DNA from: Octopus sinensis
Taxonomy: Eukaryota
Direction: 5' to 3'
Length of the DNA stretch: 64,000 nt
NCBI RefSeq assembly: GCF_006345805.1
Contig: NC_043004.1
Span: 7,998,001-8,062,000, forward strand
Shown here: one piece after another, positions 26,410 to 39,379 of the stretch
Position numbering within the stretch: the stretch's first letter is position 1
Layout of the letters: each line of letters starts with the position of its first letter
The notes under the pieces: model-generated
Seen by the model: the letters and a program-made list of their open reading frames with translations, nothing else
Databases searched by the model: none
What the model was told of the DNA's origin: nothing
Program-made: the position numbers and the translations under genes

Positions 26410-26900
26410 TAATGCCCAAGAAGAGTCCATCTAATGTATGGCACCATTTCAATGGAAAAAAATAAGAATGAAACAAAGTGATTCGCATGTTGTAAATTAT
26501 TCAAAACGTGGAGGCGGTTTCGTGTCATCTTTACTTTTAGAAGTTCTTCATGACGGAGAGGCTCGTGAAAAAGTAAATAAAAGTCAGAATTAAAGATGGA
26601 TAATGACTGGGGATGATGAAAGATGCTCAAGTGAAAATTGCGGAAGCCTTATTTAAAAAAAATAAGTATCATGAAAATCAAATAATATGTTTCAAACACC
26701 AGTGTCAGCAAATGAATGTTGAAAATAAATGTTGAAATTACAGCAGCGAGCAGTGAAAACCAAACCAAACCAAACAAATGAATAATAAAGTTGAATCTAA
26801 TGTTGAAGCTGAGAGAACTTCCTTGGTTGCTTGTTTACAAATCTGAAAAACCCAGCAGTGACATCATATCCTTTGAAAGACTATCTTCAAAATAAAAGAT
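26410..26900 (+). pseudogene. possible hAT-like transposase relic (BED-finger-like start)
   Basis: MPKKSPSNVWHHF resembles the BED S.VW.HF motif; downstream sequence is heavily decayed. Confidence 0.3.
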
Positions 26901-27451
26901 CAAATTTTCTTTGATTAAATTAAGAATTAATTCCTGGAAACCATTAATCACATTGCTTGCATATTAAATGCTAAACAAAACCTAAGTTTTTGTCTTTTTT
27001 TGTAATAATTGTATAAGATGCAAAAAAATATTTGTTTTGTACGGAATAAATACTGAAAATACAATTTTGTTTATTTTCATTTTTATAAATCTCATTGCGG
27101 TTATAAATATTGCGGTTATAAATCTCATTGTGGTTATAAATATTGCAGCTTATTTTTAAAAGGCTATACGCGTAATTTTGCCATTAATGTGAAGATATAA
27201 TACACACAACCAATATATAAGCGTAACACAATCACAGAAGTACGTGCACACACACACACACACACCTTTATTCATATGTTTCTCTCCCCCCCTCTCTCTC
27301 TATCTATCTATCTATCTACATGCACCCCATATGCTTATCGGTATAGTTTAAATCTAAGAGGAGTTTCTGTATTGGTAAAAAGAGTCGACACCCTTAGCGC
27401 ATTATACACACATAATATGCATACATTCACTGTTATTTTCATTCATTTCAG

Positions 27452-27806
27452 ATTCAAGCTGTTTTGCAAACGCTACAATCTTTCCGTGAATTTTACTCAG
27501 AGTATTGACCGCAAGAAAACATTTGAATGAAGTGTAGTAACGTCCATCCACAGTCTTCCACTAGAAACCAAGAATTTCAACACAAAATAATATCTTGGCA
27601 AATGTTCTTCACTAACCATAATATTACCCAGAGCTTCTTTCACCGCGACTCCACCGTCTTCACCAACATTCACCACATACCTTTACATTGTCGAATTTTC
27701 GACATCGTTTTTGTTTCTAAATTAGTCTAATAATTCTCAAACCATTTTGAATTATTACAAAAGTTTATATGAGTGGGATCGTTAGCACGTCTTTTCCGTT
27801 TTGCAG
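27452..27806 (+). other. candidate exon (5' UTR, possibly with a first coding segment MSGIVSTSFPFC from 27769)
   Basis: Acceptor TTATTTTCATTCATTTCAG at 27451 and donor CAG|GTAAGC at 27807, in non-repetitive sequence. Confidence 0.25.
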
Positions 27807-27924
27807 GTAAGCTCTTTACCTTAGCCTGTCAATGAGGTAGTCAGTTTTGAATGCAATCTTCTCCCCATGCGAACCATTATCCCAATTGTCCCAGATATTC
27901 AGCGGGTGATGATTCTAGAACAGA

Positions 27925-28085
27925 TACATATACCTATTTCTTTACTCCCCACAAGGGGCTAAACACAGAGAGGACAAACATCGACCCCAGTGCGTAACTG
28001 GTACTTATTTAATCGACCTCGGCGGAATTTGAACTCAGAATGTAGCGGCAGACGAAATACCGCTTGGCATTTTCGCTCTGCGTTT
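27925..28085 (-). mobile_element. SINE family A, partial or deleted
   Basis: CCCCACAAGGGGCTAAACACAGAG...GAATTTGAACTCAGAA. Confidence 0.75.
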
Positions 28086-29149
28086 CGCCTGTATTACTAA
28101 TACGGTCCTTATCTGTTAAAAAAGTAGTGTTAATAGTTGACTGGGACGAATTGAAATCGCTTGGAAGGAGAAAGCTCTTCCTCCCTCAAACTGAATTATT
28201 ATCGTTAACTTCTTTTCCAAATTGATTCCTTTTTTTTCTTTTTTACTACCAGTGGGGGGACTCACTTTTACGCCTGTTAAGCATGTTTTTGTTTTGGTTA
28301 GTATTTGGGGTTAATGCAAAAGCAAAACGAAGCAAATGAGAAGTAAAATTAAAACAAACGAAACGAAACGATGCGACGAAATGAAAGTGAGAAAACATAC
28401 GAAACAAGCAAATATCACACCCATACTTATTCACGTTATTTCATTTTGCAGCTGATGACCATCGCTATTGGAACGTTTGAGCAAATCGTAACGCCTAAAA
28501 ATCGCTACCAAAACCTTTGTAGATGCGGTGTGAGTGTGTGTGTCTGTTTGTCTGTGTCTGTGTCTGTGTATGTTTATGAATGTATTATATTTACAACATA
28601 GATTACGTATATATATATATATATATATATATACAGAGAGAAAGAGAGAGAGAAAGACACAGAGAGAAATACAGAGAGAGAGAGAGAGAGAGGGGGAGAG
28701 AGGGGGGAGAGAGGGGGAGAGAGAGAAATAGAGAGACGAAGACAGAGATGGTAGAAGAAAATTAGCAGACGTTTCTGTACACGAACGAAGGAAAAACACT
28801 CAATCCAGAAAGTAGAGTATGTACACTATATTACAAGCTGAAGCATCTTAAATCTTATTTCAGTTTCACATTGAGACAGTGATTCAAGCTGTTTGAATAG
28901 TGTGTAACGTAATGGTTCTAAGAGCTTCAGCTTCTAATACCCAGCCACGTGCAGACTAGCGGAGGTCTCCGGTGAGGACCAGTTGTCGAATACGTAGAAA
29001 CATTTTTTATTAAAATTTAACTCATAGCAAGTTTATTTAAACAGCGATTTTGTGTGAACATATATTTCCATATTTTTTTAATCGTAATGCAGACACGTAA
29101 CCAAAATTGCATTCCAGGTGTTTGTGATAAGTGAAGGTTTCGAGACCGT

Positions 29150-29800
29150 GTTCATTGATAATATAAATTTTGTACTATTTTTAGTTCTGAATTGATATAA
29201 ACGAACAAAGCTGAAACAATCCAAGCCGAAATGTGTTTTGTTGAGCAGGGGCAATAGTGTTTACTGCTCTTCCGACAAGTTGTCGGCTCGGCAAATGTGA
29301 GAATGAAACATAGAGCTGACCACAAGAGAAACATTGACATATCATAGCAATTCCAGAAGGACTGTCCCTTAACCTTGTTGATGGTCATAGAAAACAAGAG
29401 TGTTGTTACTGGAAATTAAAGAGGTTTGAATTGAAATCTCTGAAAGGAAATGGGAGATATGAGAAATGTGTGGAATAAAAACAACATATTCCTTAACTGA
29501 TCCTAATAGTGGCTTTGATCAGCTGAGGCAAAAAAAGTTTCGTCTGTGCAAACTTCGTAGCAACATAAAGAATGCAGATTGTGAGGAAGGATAAGAGTGA
29601 ACTGAAGAGGATTGAGAAATTCTGTTGGAGAGTTGGCAGCATAATTAGTGTTAACAATAGCGAGAATTAACCTGTAACATCTGAATTGAGTTGGTGGCTG
29701 GTAAGAGAAAGTGACATTAATATCTCGCACAATGCCATGTTGGGGAATTAGGATGGCACATTCAGAAAGCCATTAATGTGTGCGAAGCTAAGTTGAACTT
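29150..29800 (-). pseudogene. Helitron PIF1-type helicase C-terminal relic
   Basis: Minus translations WLSECAILIP...PTEFLNPL, FSMTINKVKGQSF and CFSCGQLYVSFS align to PIF1 motifs and to the 35.3-35.9 kb copy. Confidence 0.8.
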
Positions 29801-30879
29801 TCAATAGAATTTCTTAAGATGTTTTGACGATTGTTACACAATTATTTTGTATTTTAATACCTCCACCTTCAGTCTTTAATGGTTGATGACCATTACCGCA
29901 AACTGAAATAAAACTTTAGCAAACTGAACCGCTGCCATATTGCAATTAGACGTAACTTTTCTAGTTGGCATAAAGATGAAGTGTTTCCTCTCGTCTCCAA
30001 ACAAATTTTTCTTTGAGTTGTGTTTTCAACTCCTCTCTGCATATACATATTTTATGATGACCGTCAGTGTGTGTTCGAAATCGCCCAAGAGCAACACCCA
30101 ATCCATGATGTCAGCGATTACATCTATGGCGCTGGTGCTAACTCTGAGAACGTCTCGTTTTTACCGCTTCGCCTGTTGCCGAAACTCTGCGTGTTTCGGT
30201 CATTTACTGATAAATCCTACAAGACTGATTTAGTAAAGTTGAGTAATAGTTAAAAAGAAGAATAAATATGCGTGACTGACGCAGAGAGTGGAAGAGAAAG
30301 AGAGAGGAAGAGAGAGAGTAAAAGATAAGACGAGAAAAGAGAGAGATGGAGAGAGAGATTAAAGAATGAATAGAGAAAGAAAAAAAAACAAGCGATTGAC
30401 GTGACAAACTGACAACGTCTTTGTACCTCATACTACCACTCCTATTCAACTATTTCTCCATGAAAGCTTTCAGTCTTTCTGCGTCCATTTTCTTGGTACC
30501 CCAGGGGGCGCAGGAGTCGTGCTGTGAAGTTTCTAAAAAATTTAAAACGTAGTCAAATGGAAAAATTACCTGTCAGGTTTAAACAACATGCTGCCGGAAT
30601 AGTTTACATAAATTTGAACGTGAAAAAGAAAAAAAAAACAATGAATTATTTTCTAATACATACATACAAACATACATGCATACATACGTACATACATACA
30701 TACATACATACATACATACATACATACATACATACATTTATAGTCGACAGAAAACTTTCAAAAGTGCCTCAAAGGCTAATAGTTTCGTTGTTATCAAAAT
30801 TATATATATATATATGTGTGTGTGTGTGTGAAGTGAGTGTATGTGTGTGGTGTCTGTATACAAACACACACACATGCGA

Positions 30880-31110
30880 GGATGCATGGTCGAGTGGTTA
30901 GGATATTGCACTTACGATTGCGAGATCGAGGTTTCAATTCCTAGTCATGCGTTGAGCTCTTGAGCAAAACACTTCATCTCGCGTTGCTCTGCGATGACTT
31001 CGACGCCTGATTCGTGGTAGACTTGTGCACATGTACAGGGACTCAGCTAATATACAGCACAGGCATTTGATCACTATAAACGAATCATTTGTGCAAGGTC
31101 GTTCGGCAAG
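30880..31110 (+). mobile_element. diverged family C-like SINE
   Basis: TGGTCGAGTGG A-box, GGTTTCAATTCC B-box, TTGAGCAAAACACTTCATC. Confidence 0.65.
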
Positions 31111-31149
31111 AAATTGCAATACCGTCTTCCTAAGACTACAAGAGACAAC

Positions 31150-31203
<54 letters not shown>

Positions 31204-31220
31204 CGCACGCACACACATGC

Positions 31221-31273
<53 letters not shown>

Positions 31274-31326
31274 TAGAAATATTGCATTTCTAAATCCTTC
31301 AGAGAGATTTATTCAGTAGCAGCACG

Positions 31327-31748
31327 ATAAAGTGATGGTATGTTGCCAACTGAATGTGGAAGTCCCAGGAAAGGGGAAAATGCTATTGCTATTTAGCCCC
31401 AGGATTGACAGTTTCCAGCTGAGATATTTAGAAATGTAATATTTCTAATTTTGTAGATCTGTGAATGTATTTCACTTGAAATTTATATGTTTTCAAAGGT
31501 GAATAAGCATCGCCAGCTAACAAACCATGCTACTCCAGACTGACGATGAGCAATGACTCTGAAACTAGTCTCTGGGTGCTGGTTTTGCTGGGGGGAGGTG
31601 CTTATCTCCCCTGTTTAAAAACCTAAGGACACAGAACGCTTGTGTCACATGGTCACCTGGAAACGGTGTTTCTTGGAGTTAAATAGCAGTAGCATTCTTC
31701 CCTTTCCTGGGACTGCAACATTAAGTTGGCAACAAACCATCAATTTAT
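31327..31748 (+). mobile_element. solo diverged member of the 23.6-kb hammerhead family with ~96-bp inverted terminal arms
   Basis: 31421-31748 aligns with the 361-bp unit; 31327-31422 is an inverted copy of 31653-31748; 3' end runs into (TA)n. Confidence 0.8.
31534..31576 (+). ncRNA. minimal type I hammerhead ribozyme, canonical CUGACGA core, predicted GUC cleavage after 31570
   Basis: UCCAGA-CUGACGA-U-GAG(CAAUGA)CUC-U-GAAAC-UA-GUC/UCUGGG; palindromic helix III ACUAGU; U.U mismatch at the base of helix II. Confidence 0.75.
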
Positions 31749-31837
31749 TATATATATATATATATTACAGAACCTACTTGATATATATATATATATACAC
31801 ACACATACATGCATATATATATGTATGTATATATATA

Positions 31838-31915
<78 letters not shown>

Positions 31916-32055
31916 GTGTGTATGTATGCGTATTATCCCAGGATTAAAATATGCGTATATGTGTTTATGTTTGCGTATATATATATAGACACATTTATAT
32001 AAACGCCTAAATTCATATGTGTTTGTACGTGCGCATACATACACACACACATACA

Positions 32056-32089
<34 letters not shown>

Positions 32090-32817
32090 CATACACATTT
32101 ACACGCACACGCATCATGTTATGTGTTAGAGGGCGCTTGTTGAACATTTTGCCACTGGGTGTAACATCCTGTGCTCTGGTGTTATTCTGGCGTCTATACT
32201 GGAGCCGCTGACTCAAGTGTACTCTTGATCAAAAACCTTGTAATACGATCCGCTTTCAACCGGTCATCCGATAGTGACGTCACACCTGTTATCAGTTTTG
32301 GGACTGTAGTAGATGGTGTTGGCGAGTTGGTGGTGCTGCTTGGGAAGATGGTGGTGGCGGTGGTGTTAGTAGTGGTGGTGGTGATAGTAATAGAGATATT
32401 AGAGTTGCAGTAGTGGTGGTGGCGGTGGTGGTGGCGGTGGTGGTGGTGGTGGTGGTTGTCTTATGCATGTTGCTATTGTGACCCAAATCATTGCATATCA
32501 AGCATAATTATAATCGAAAGCGTCCCAGCTGTGACTATTCCGCCTTTTTTAAAAAATATATATATACAAAGGACAACAGTGTTCAACGTATCCTTCTTTA
32601 CTAAAAAGGGCAGGGTGTGAATTGAGGGAGATATGGTTGCTAGTTCGAGCAGAACGTGCTACCTTGTCGGCTAGAGAGTCGTAGTAGTAGTCTTTGCTGT
32701 GTAGCGCTGCCCTGGTCAAGCTGATCAACGTTGAAGAATATTCCGGCCATGATCATACCATCCGTTTTTACATATACTTGTGTGTTATGAAATGGTGGAT
32801 GCGTATCCGCCCATTCA

Positions 32818-32863
<46 letters not shown>

Positions 32864-33079
32864 ACATACACACATATACGATAGGCTTCTTTCAATTTAC
32901 GTCTACCAAATCCATTGACCGAGGCTATTGTAGAAGAGACACTTGGCCGAGGTGCTACGCAGTGGGACTTAACCCGGTGCCTTTTGGGTGGGATATTCCA
33001 GCCACGCCAGCGCCTATATTCAAACAGTGATCATACAGGCATAGATTTTGCAAATACACAAGAAACAAAGATATTGTTT

Positions 33080-33400
33080 CATAATGATATCTTATTAATG
33101 ACCGAAACAATACAACGAAATTTCAATCCAGCAACGTTGAAGATTTTTCGGTCAAACTAAAGGGTGTGACCCGAGCAAAAAGAAAAAAAAATGGTGTAAT
33201 AGATGTAAAACAACTTGCTCGAAACGAATATGAAAAAAAAGTGCGCGCTCGCAAACGGGGGGTGGGGGAAGAGGACTCGGAAAATTCACATCGTCAGACA
33301 ATGACCTTTAAATAGTGTTTGACCCGAGCAAAAAAAAAAAAAAATTTTATAGTGTAATAGGTATACAACAATATGTCCTTTAAATTCCAGTGTTTGCCCA
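33080..33400 (+). repeat. interspersed repeat (probable non-autonomous DNA element) with an inverted copy at about 37300-37690
   Basis: GTGCGCGCTCGCAAACGGGG...GAGGACTCGGAAAATTCACATCGTCAGAC matches the reverse complement at 37430-37500. Confidence 0.7.
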
Positions 33401-34059
33401 AGGTGCCATGCAGTGTGACTGTGCCCGGAACCGTGTAGTTGGGAAGAATATCAATTTTCTGTAGGGAAAAAATCGGATCATATGAATTGTCCTGTTCCTC
33501 TCCCACTTCTGTTCCCCAGTAAGTGTTTTCAACCATGGCCTCAGGCCGACCAACGCACACTGGAGGCCGAAGGTGGCATTTCAGACTAAAACATTATCTA
33601 TACTATGAAAACAAAAACTTATGCACAAAATTTTTACGATTCTGTCTTCTACATAATGAAAGTGAAAGATGTATGTGTCTATATGCAATGGGCGTGTGTG
33701 CGTGTGTGTGTGTGCGTGCGTTTGCATGTGTATGTGAGAGTGAAAGAGAGTGACAAAGAGAGATAGAGTGAGTGAGTGAAGGCATGTGTCGTGATGATTG
33801 ATGTCTTTTAAGGTACACACACATATAGATGTCATCGTGTCAAATGTTTACGATAGTTGAGTTGATTTATGGAAAAGATTATAATGTTAAATTTTTGAAA
33901 TGCAAATATGTGAATAGAAATTAAGTTTAATTTGTAGCCGAAATAGCACTGAATCTTTTGATATTCCATACGTCAAAATCTGTAACTCGTTTTGGAATGC
34001 ATAAGGAATATATTTATGTATAGAACAGACTTCTTTCAAAGTGAAAGTACTATCTCCTA

Positions 34060-35915
34060 TTACCCTGGCATTAAGTTTGACACTTGCCTTGGGCAAGTAT
34101 ACACAGTACATCTCACTCAACAAGAGTGCTTCTACCTCCATCTACTACTGCATGAGGTCAGAGGGCCAACGTGTTTTCTTGCACTAAAAACCGTTCATGG
34201 ACATGTCTGCACAATATACAAGAAACCTGCTATCGACAAGGTCTGTTAGAAGACGGTGCACAGTGGGATGCAACTTTGGGAGAGGCAGCTTTATTAGAAT
34301 CACCTACAAGTATCAGGGCACTATTTGCAGTATGACTACAGACATGCGAACTGTGTGATCCTGCCACTCTATGGCTCAAATACAGAGACAACCTGGCTGA
34401 AGACTTTAAGCGGCAAGCTCAACTGCTCTATCCTGACACGGAGGATATCAGCAATGAAGTCTACAACAAAACTCTCATTGACCTTGAAGACAGAATTGCT
34501 ACACTGGGTGGAAATGAACTGTCCACATATGGCCTTCCACAAACATTCAGGTCAGGATTAAATAGCCTTCTCACTGCTGCCATTCGTGAAACAACCTACG
34601 ACACTGAAGCGCTTTCAAAGTACATTGTTGAAAACGAGCCTAAATTACTTCTGGACCAGCTGCAGGCCTACAGAACTATTCTTAACAGTGTACGCCAACA
34701 CGAGGGACGAATCTTCTTCCTTGATGCTCCTGGAGGGACAGGATAAACATTTATTACGAAGCTTCTCCTTGCAAAGTTAGGCAGCACCAGGACATCGTGG
34801 TATGTGTGGTTTCCTTTGGGATTGCAGCTACTTTGTTACCCGGTGGTAGGACAGCACACTCAACTTTTAAACTCCCTCTCAATTTAGCAGCATCCGAGAT
34901 TCCTTCATGCAACATCAGCAAAAGCTCGGATCAGGGGCAGATACTTAAAAGGTGTCATCTAATCGTCTGGGATGAGTGCACCATTGCTCACAAGGGAGCT
35001 TTGGAAGCATTAGACAGAGCCCTGAAAGACATCCGAGACTGTCAGGCTCTAATGGGAGGTGTAACGCTTCTGTTGTCAGGTGATTTCAGGCAAACTCTTC
35101 CTGTCATTCCGAAAGGCACTACAGCAGGTCCAAGCATGCCTATAGTCCTCTGCTCTGTGGCATCATGTTACGATCCCCAGTCTTACCACTAACATGAGAG
35201 CTCCAAATGTCCGCAAAGTTTGAACTGAACATTTTGACACTTGGTGATGGCAAGTGCCTCTTGACGCTGCAGGAGAAATGGAAGTGTGCCATTTTCCTCT
35301 GTTGTTAATTCTGTAGATGGCCTCAAAAACAAAGTCTTTCCCAACTTCACACAAAACCACCAAAATCACAATTGGCAGTGTGAAAGAGCAATATTCTCTC
35401 CAAAAAACGACGTCGCTGTTAACAAAATTAATCAACAGCTAATGCATTCTCTTCCCGGCACTATACACACTTACAAGTCTGTTGATACAATTCCAGATAA
35501 AAATGAAGTGGTGAACTATCCTCCTGAATTTCTCAATTCGTTGGAGCCTGCTGGACTACGTCCCCACATATTAGCACTTAAATTTGGAACTCCTGTAATG
35601 CTACTTCGCAATCTGGAACCACCAAAACTTTGCAATGGTACACGACTGGTGATAAAGAAAATGATTTCAAAGGTTATCGAGGCTATCATTCTTTCTGGAT
35701 GTGAATAAAATTATGACGTCTTCATTCCAAGAATTCCTCTTACTCCACCAGGAGCAGAAATCCCATTTACGTTCATAAGACTACAATTTCCCCTTCGTTT
35801 TGCCATGTCCATTAACAAATCTCAGGGTCAAACCCTCTCTGTGACTAGTCTTCTCTTGGAAGAGCCCTGCTTCTCGTATGGACAACTGTATGTTGGCTGC
35901 TCAAGAGGGGGAAGT
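34060..35915 (+). pseudogene. Helitron RepHel, PIF1 helicase region, pseudogenised
   Basis: GQVYTVH...ECFYLHLLLHEVRGPT; Walker A DAPGGTG*T with K changed to a stop; LIVWDEC; GDFRQTLPV; LCNGTRL; FAMSINKSQGQ; GQLYVGCSR; several frameshifts. Confidence 0.92.
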
Positions 35916-36179
35916 AATTTATATCATTATATGATCGAAATCCACGCATCAATTTCCAAGTAAGTTTTGTCTTAATAATTCTGATGCGCGCTCTACAACT
36001 ATCTCTATTCTCCCTCTATTATTTCTCGTTCTTTCTGTTTTTCTTCTCCTCTCTCTTCACTGTTCTCTTTCTCTCCCTCTCTCTCTCTTCCTCTTTCTCT
36101 CGCTCTTCCTCCTTCACTCTCTCGTTGCTCATACGTGACCAGCGGCTATTTCCCCTTTTCCTCTTGCTTTACAAGAGAT

Positions 36180-36570
36180 AAGACACGCTTTTGCCTGTCC
36201 CCTGTCAAAGCTCATTTCTCCAGCGTTCACCACTTCACGGCTTAACAGCCTTTACCGTTTGTTTTTACCATTTTGTTCTTACTGTTCTGTTTTCATTACC
36301 ACTTTAACCCTTCGCAAATCCCAAAATTTATTTAATTTGCTTTGCGGGAAGGACTGTTTCAACGAAGTCACGTCTTGTCTCAACATTCGAACGCGGAGTA
36401 GATAAAACAGAGGACAACTGATGAAGGGATTGTTCTTTATGTTGCCTGTCTCGTTTCTCTGTTTGTTTCTTTCACTGTTCGAAAAAAAATTCGTTTTCCA
36501 TGTAATTGTTTTTTATGTCCTCGCTTTTCATTTTGTTCACTTTTATTTTGACGTCCTGTACCCATATATG
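36180..36570 (+). repeat. interspersed repeat whose 3' part is shared with 42890-43078
   Basis: CAACTGATGAAGGG...CTTTATGTT...GACGTCCTGTACCCATATATGC in both copies. Confidence 0.65.
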
Positions 36571-36686
36571 CATGTATGTATATATTTATATGTAGGTATG
36601 TACATATATGTATATATATATATGCATGTACATATTATTTATGTTATTATTATTATTGTTATTATTATTATTATTATTGTTATTAT

Positions 36687-36724
<38 letters not shown>

Positions 36725-37105
36725 ATATATACATTTTTGTCGACTAATGTTGGCATGTTTACGCCTCCAAATTAACAGCTTCACAAAAGAGACCGATAGA
36801 ATGAGTACTCGGTGTCGATGCTACTCAATTCCTTTATGCGAAACCTACAAGATTTAGTATGCGTGTTCTATGGTGTTGATTCAGTAATTATCAACCACCT
36901 TTAATTATACTCAATGTTAGACTCTTTTAGATGTTTAATGTATGATGCTAATGTCGTGGAATTTTTTTTATTGGGGTGAATAAACGAATTCTTGTGTCTC
37001 CTATATCTATTTTTAAAATCAATAGTAATCCCTATATAAATTTTCCTATGTCAAGGAGGGATTACTGATCTAACTTCGCATATACACTGCACTAACTTAT
37101 ATATA

Positions 37106-37171
<66 letters not shown>

Positions 37172-38071
37172 GCAGTATGTATGTATGTATGTATGTACGT
37201 ATGTGCGTGTGTATGTATATATATTTTATTTATATATAATTATTTCTAGCCTACTCTCTATATATGTGCATTGCTTGCAAATCACACAGACATATGTGTG
37301 TGTGTGTGTGCATATGCACCCCACGTTCGAGAGCGCACATTTTTTTCCATATTTGTTTAAAGCAAGTTGTATTACACTATTAAATAATTTTTTTTTGCTA
37401 GGGTCAAATGCTAGAGTTTAAAGGTCATGGTCTGACGATGTGAACTTTTCGAGTCCTCTCCCCCATCCCAACCCCGTTCGCGAGCGCGCATTTTTTTTCA
37501 TATTCGTTTCGAGCAAGTTGCTTTATATCTATTACACTACTTTTTTCTTTTTTTTTGCTCGAGTCAAACCCTTTAGTTTGACCAATTTTTCTTCCTTAAT
37601 ATCGAAGTGTTACGGGATGTAAAATTAATGGACTTTAGTATAAATCCAAAATCTCATTAATATGAATTAATTGGTGTTTTTAAAGTTGTGATAAAAATCT
37701 TAAGATATAAAATTATAATTACATTACATTAAAATATTGATTAAGATATTTCCTTTTCTTTTATCTTTTCGTTAACGTTGCAAATTAGAGCAAAGAAAAA
37801 ATTTGAAACGATCAAATATGGGCGAAGAGGAAACTAAATCCATTCCTGTGAGAGAAGCGAATCAATAGAACATAACTGCACTCACTCAAATACGGACACA
37901 TACACACACACGTAAAGCAAACACACACACACACGATCTTGTATGATATATACATACATATATACTTACACATACACACACACATATTTGGAAAAAGAAA
38001 GAATGACTGGTAGGTCTAGTTAGTTTAATTAATTATTTTTTTAAATAATATAACTTTTACACTTTAGTTCG

Positions 38072-38146
<75 letters not shown>

Positions 38147-38453
38147 TAGATATAATATAAACAATGCATTCAAAAGAGATATCTCAAGAATTCAATCACT
38201 ACTATTTAACATCCTACTACTATCAAAGCACTCCCGCATTCTTCTTCTTCTTCTTCTTCTTCTTCTTCTTCTTCTTCTTCTTCTTTTCTTCTTCTTCTTC
38301 TTCTTCTTCTTCTTCTTCTCTGCCAAGAATTCACAACGACTTCGAGCCCACAAGAGTAAACAAGAGAGACAGAGACAGGCAGAAACAAGGAAAATGTCCT
38401 TTGTATTTAAATACTATGCAAATATTCCTTAAAAAAAATACATACATACTACA

Positions 38454-38489
<36 letters not shown>

Positions 38490-38494
38490 TTAAT

Positions 38495-38569
<75 letters not shown>

Positions 38570-38792
38570 GAAGTTTCAAAACGCTACTACATAAGATGAA
38601 TTTTAATTTTCTTAGAGATCTTACGTGTTTCGGATCTTCTTGAAAAATCGAACCATATCAAAAATATTTTTAATTGTTAAGTGTAAAAAAAAAGTTCATA
38701 ATTGTTTCTTACTAGTCCACGTGGTGGTGTTTTGGGGGGGGGAGCATAATGGCTGTCTTGTGTGTTGACTAGATTCGTTGGCTGTCTGTCTG

Positions 38793-38865
<73 letters not shown>

Positions 38866-38919
38866 CACACACACGCACATATATATATATATATATATCT
38901 TTTCCCTTTTACTTTTCTC

Positions 38920-39215
38920 TTTCTCTTTTGTTTCAGCCATTTGTCTGCGTCCATGCTGGAGTACCGGCTTGATGAACTTTTTATCGAATGAATCGACACT
39001 AGTACTGATTTTTCTTTAAAGATGGGTAGTTATTCTACCGGTGTCTTTTGTTGAACCGCTAGATTACAGGGACGTAAACATATCAGTACCGTTTGTCAAG
39101 TGATTGTTGGGAGTAAACAGACTCAAAGACACCCCTACGCACACACACACTCAGACACACATATAGACAATGGATTTCTTTCAGTTTCCGTCTACCAAAT
39201 CCACTCACTAGGCTT
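38920..39215 (-). mobile_element. SINE family B, diverged and internally deleted
   Basis: TTTCAGCCATTTG...CCATGCTGGAG...TTCAGTTTCCGTCTACCAAATCCACTCAC. Confidence 0.75.
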
Positions 39216-39379
39216 TGGTGGGACTGAACTCGGAATCATATAGTAACTCCGATGTTCCCTATATCACTGGCGCATGGAATTATATATATGAATAATAGCT
39301 TCCTGGAGTTATTAGTATAAATCATAATAAGTATGGTGAAGTAGCATTTCATGAATTTTTATTTATATATATATATATA

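Noticed and set aside
30020-30253. 77-aa ORF of ordinary composition
   Set aside because: No recognisable motif and no convincing splice signals.
36418-36470. CTGATGA hammerhead half-core, also at about 42929
   Set aside because: No helix II closed by GAAA follows and no helix I or III could be built. It may be a decayed Penelope-type repeat, but a ribozyme is not supportable.
38612-38652. Minus-strand UUCAAGAAGAUCC-GAAACACGUA-AGAUC, reminiscent of a minimal hammerhead
   Set aside because: Two core mismatches and no closable helix II; too degenerate to call.
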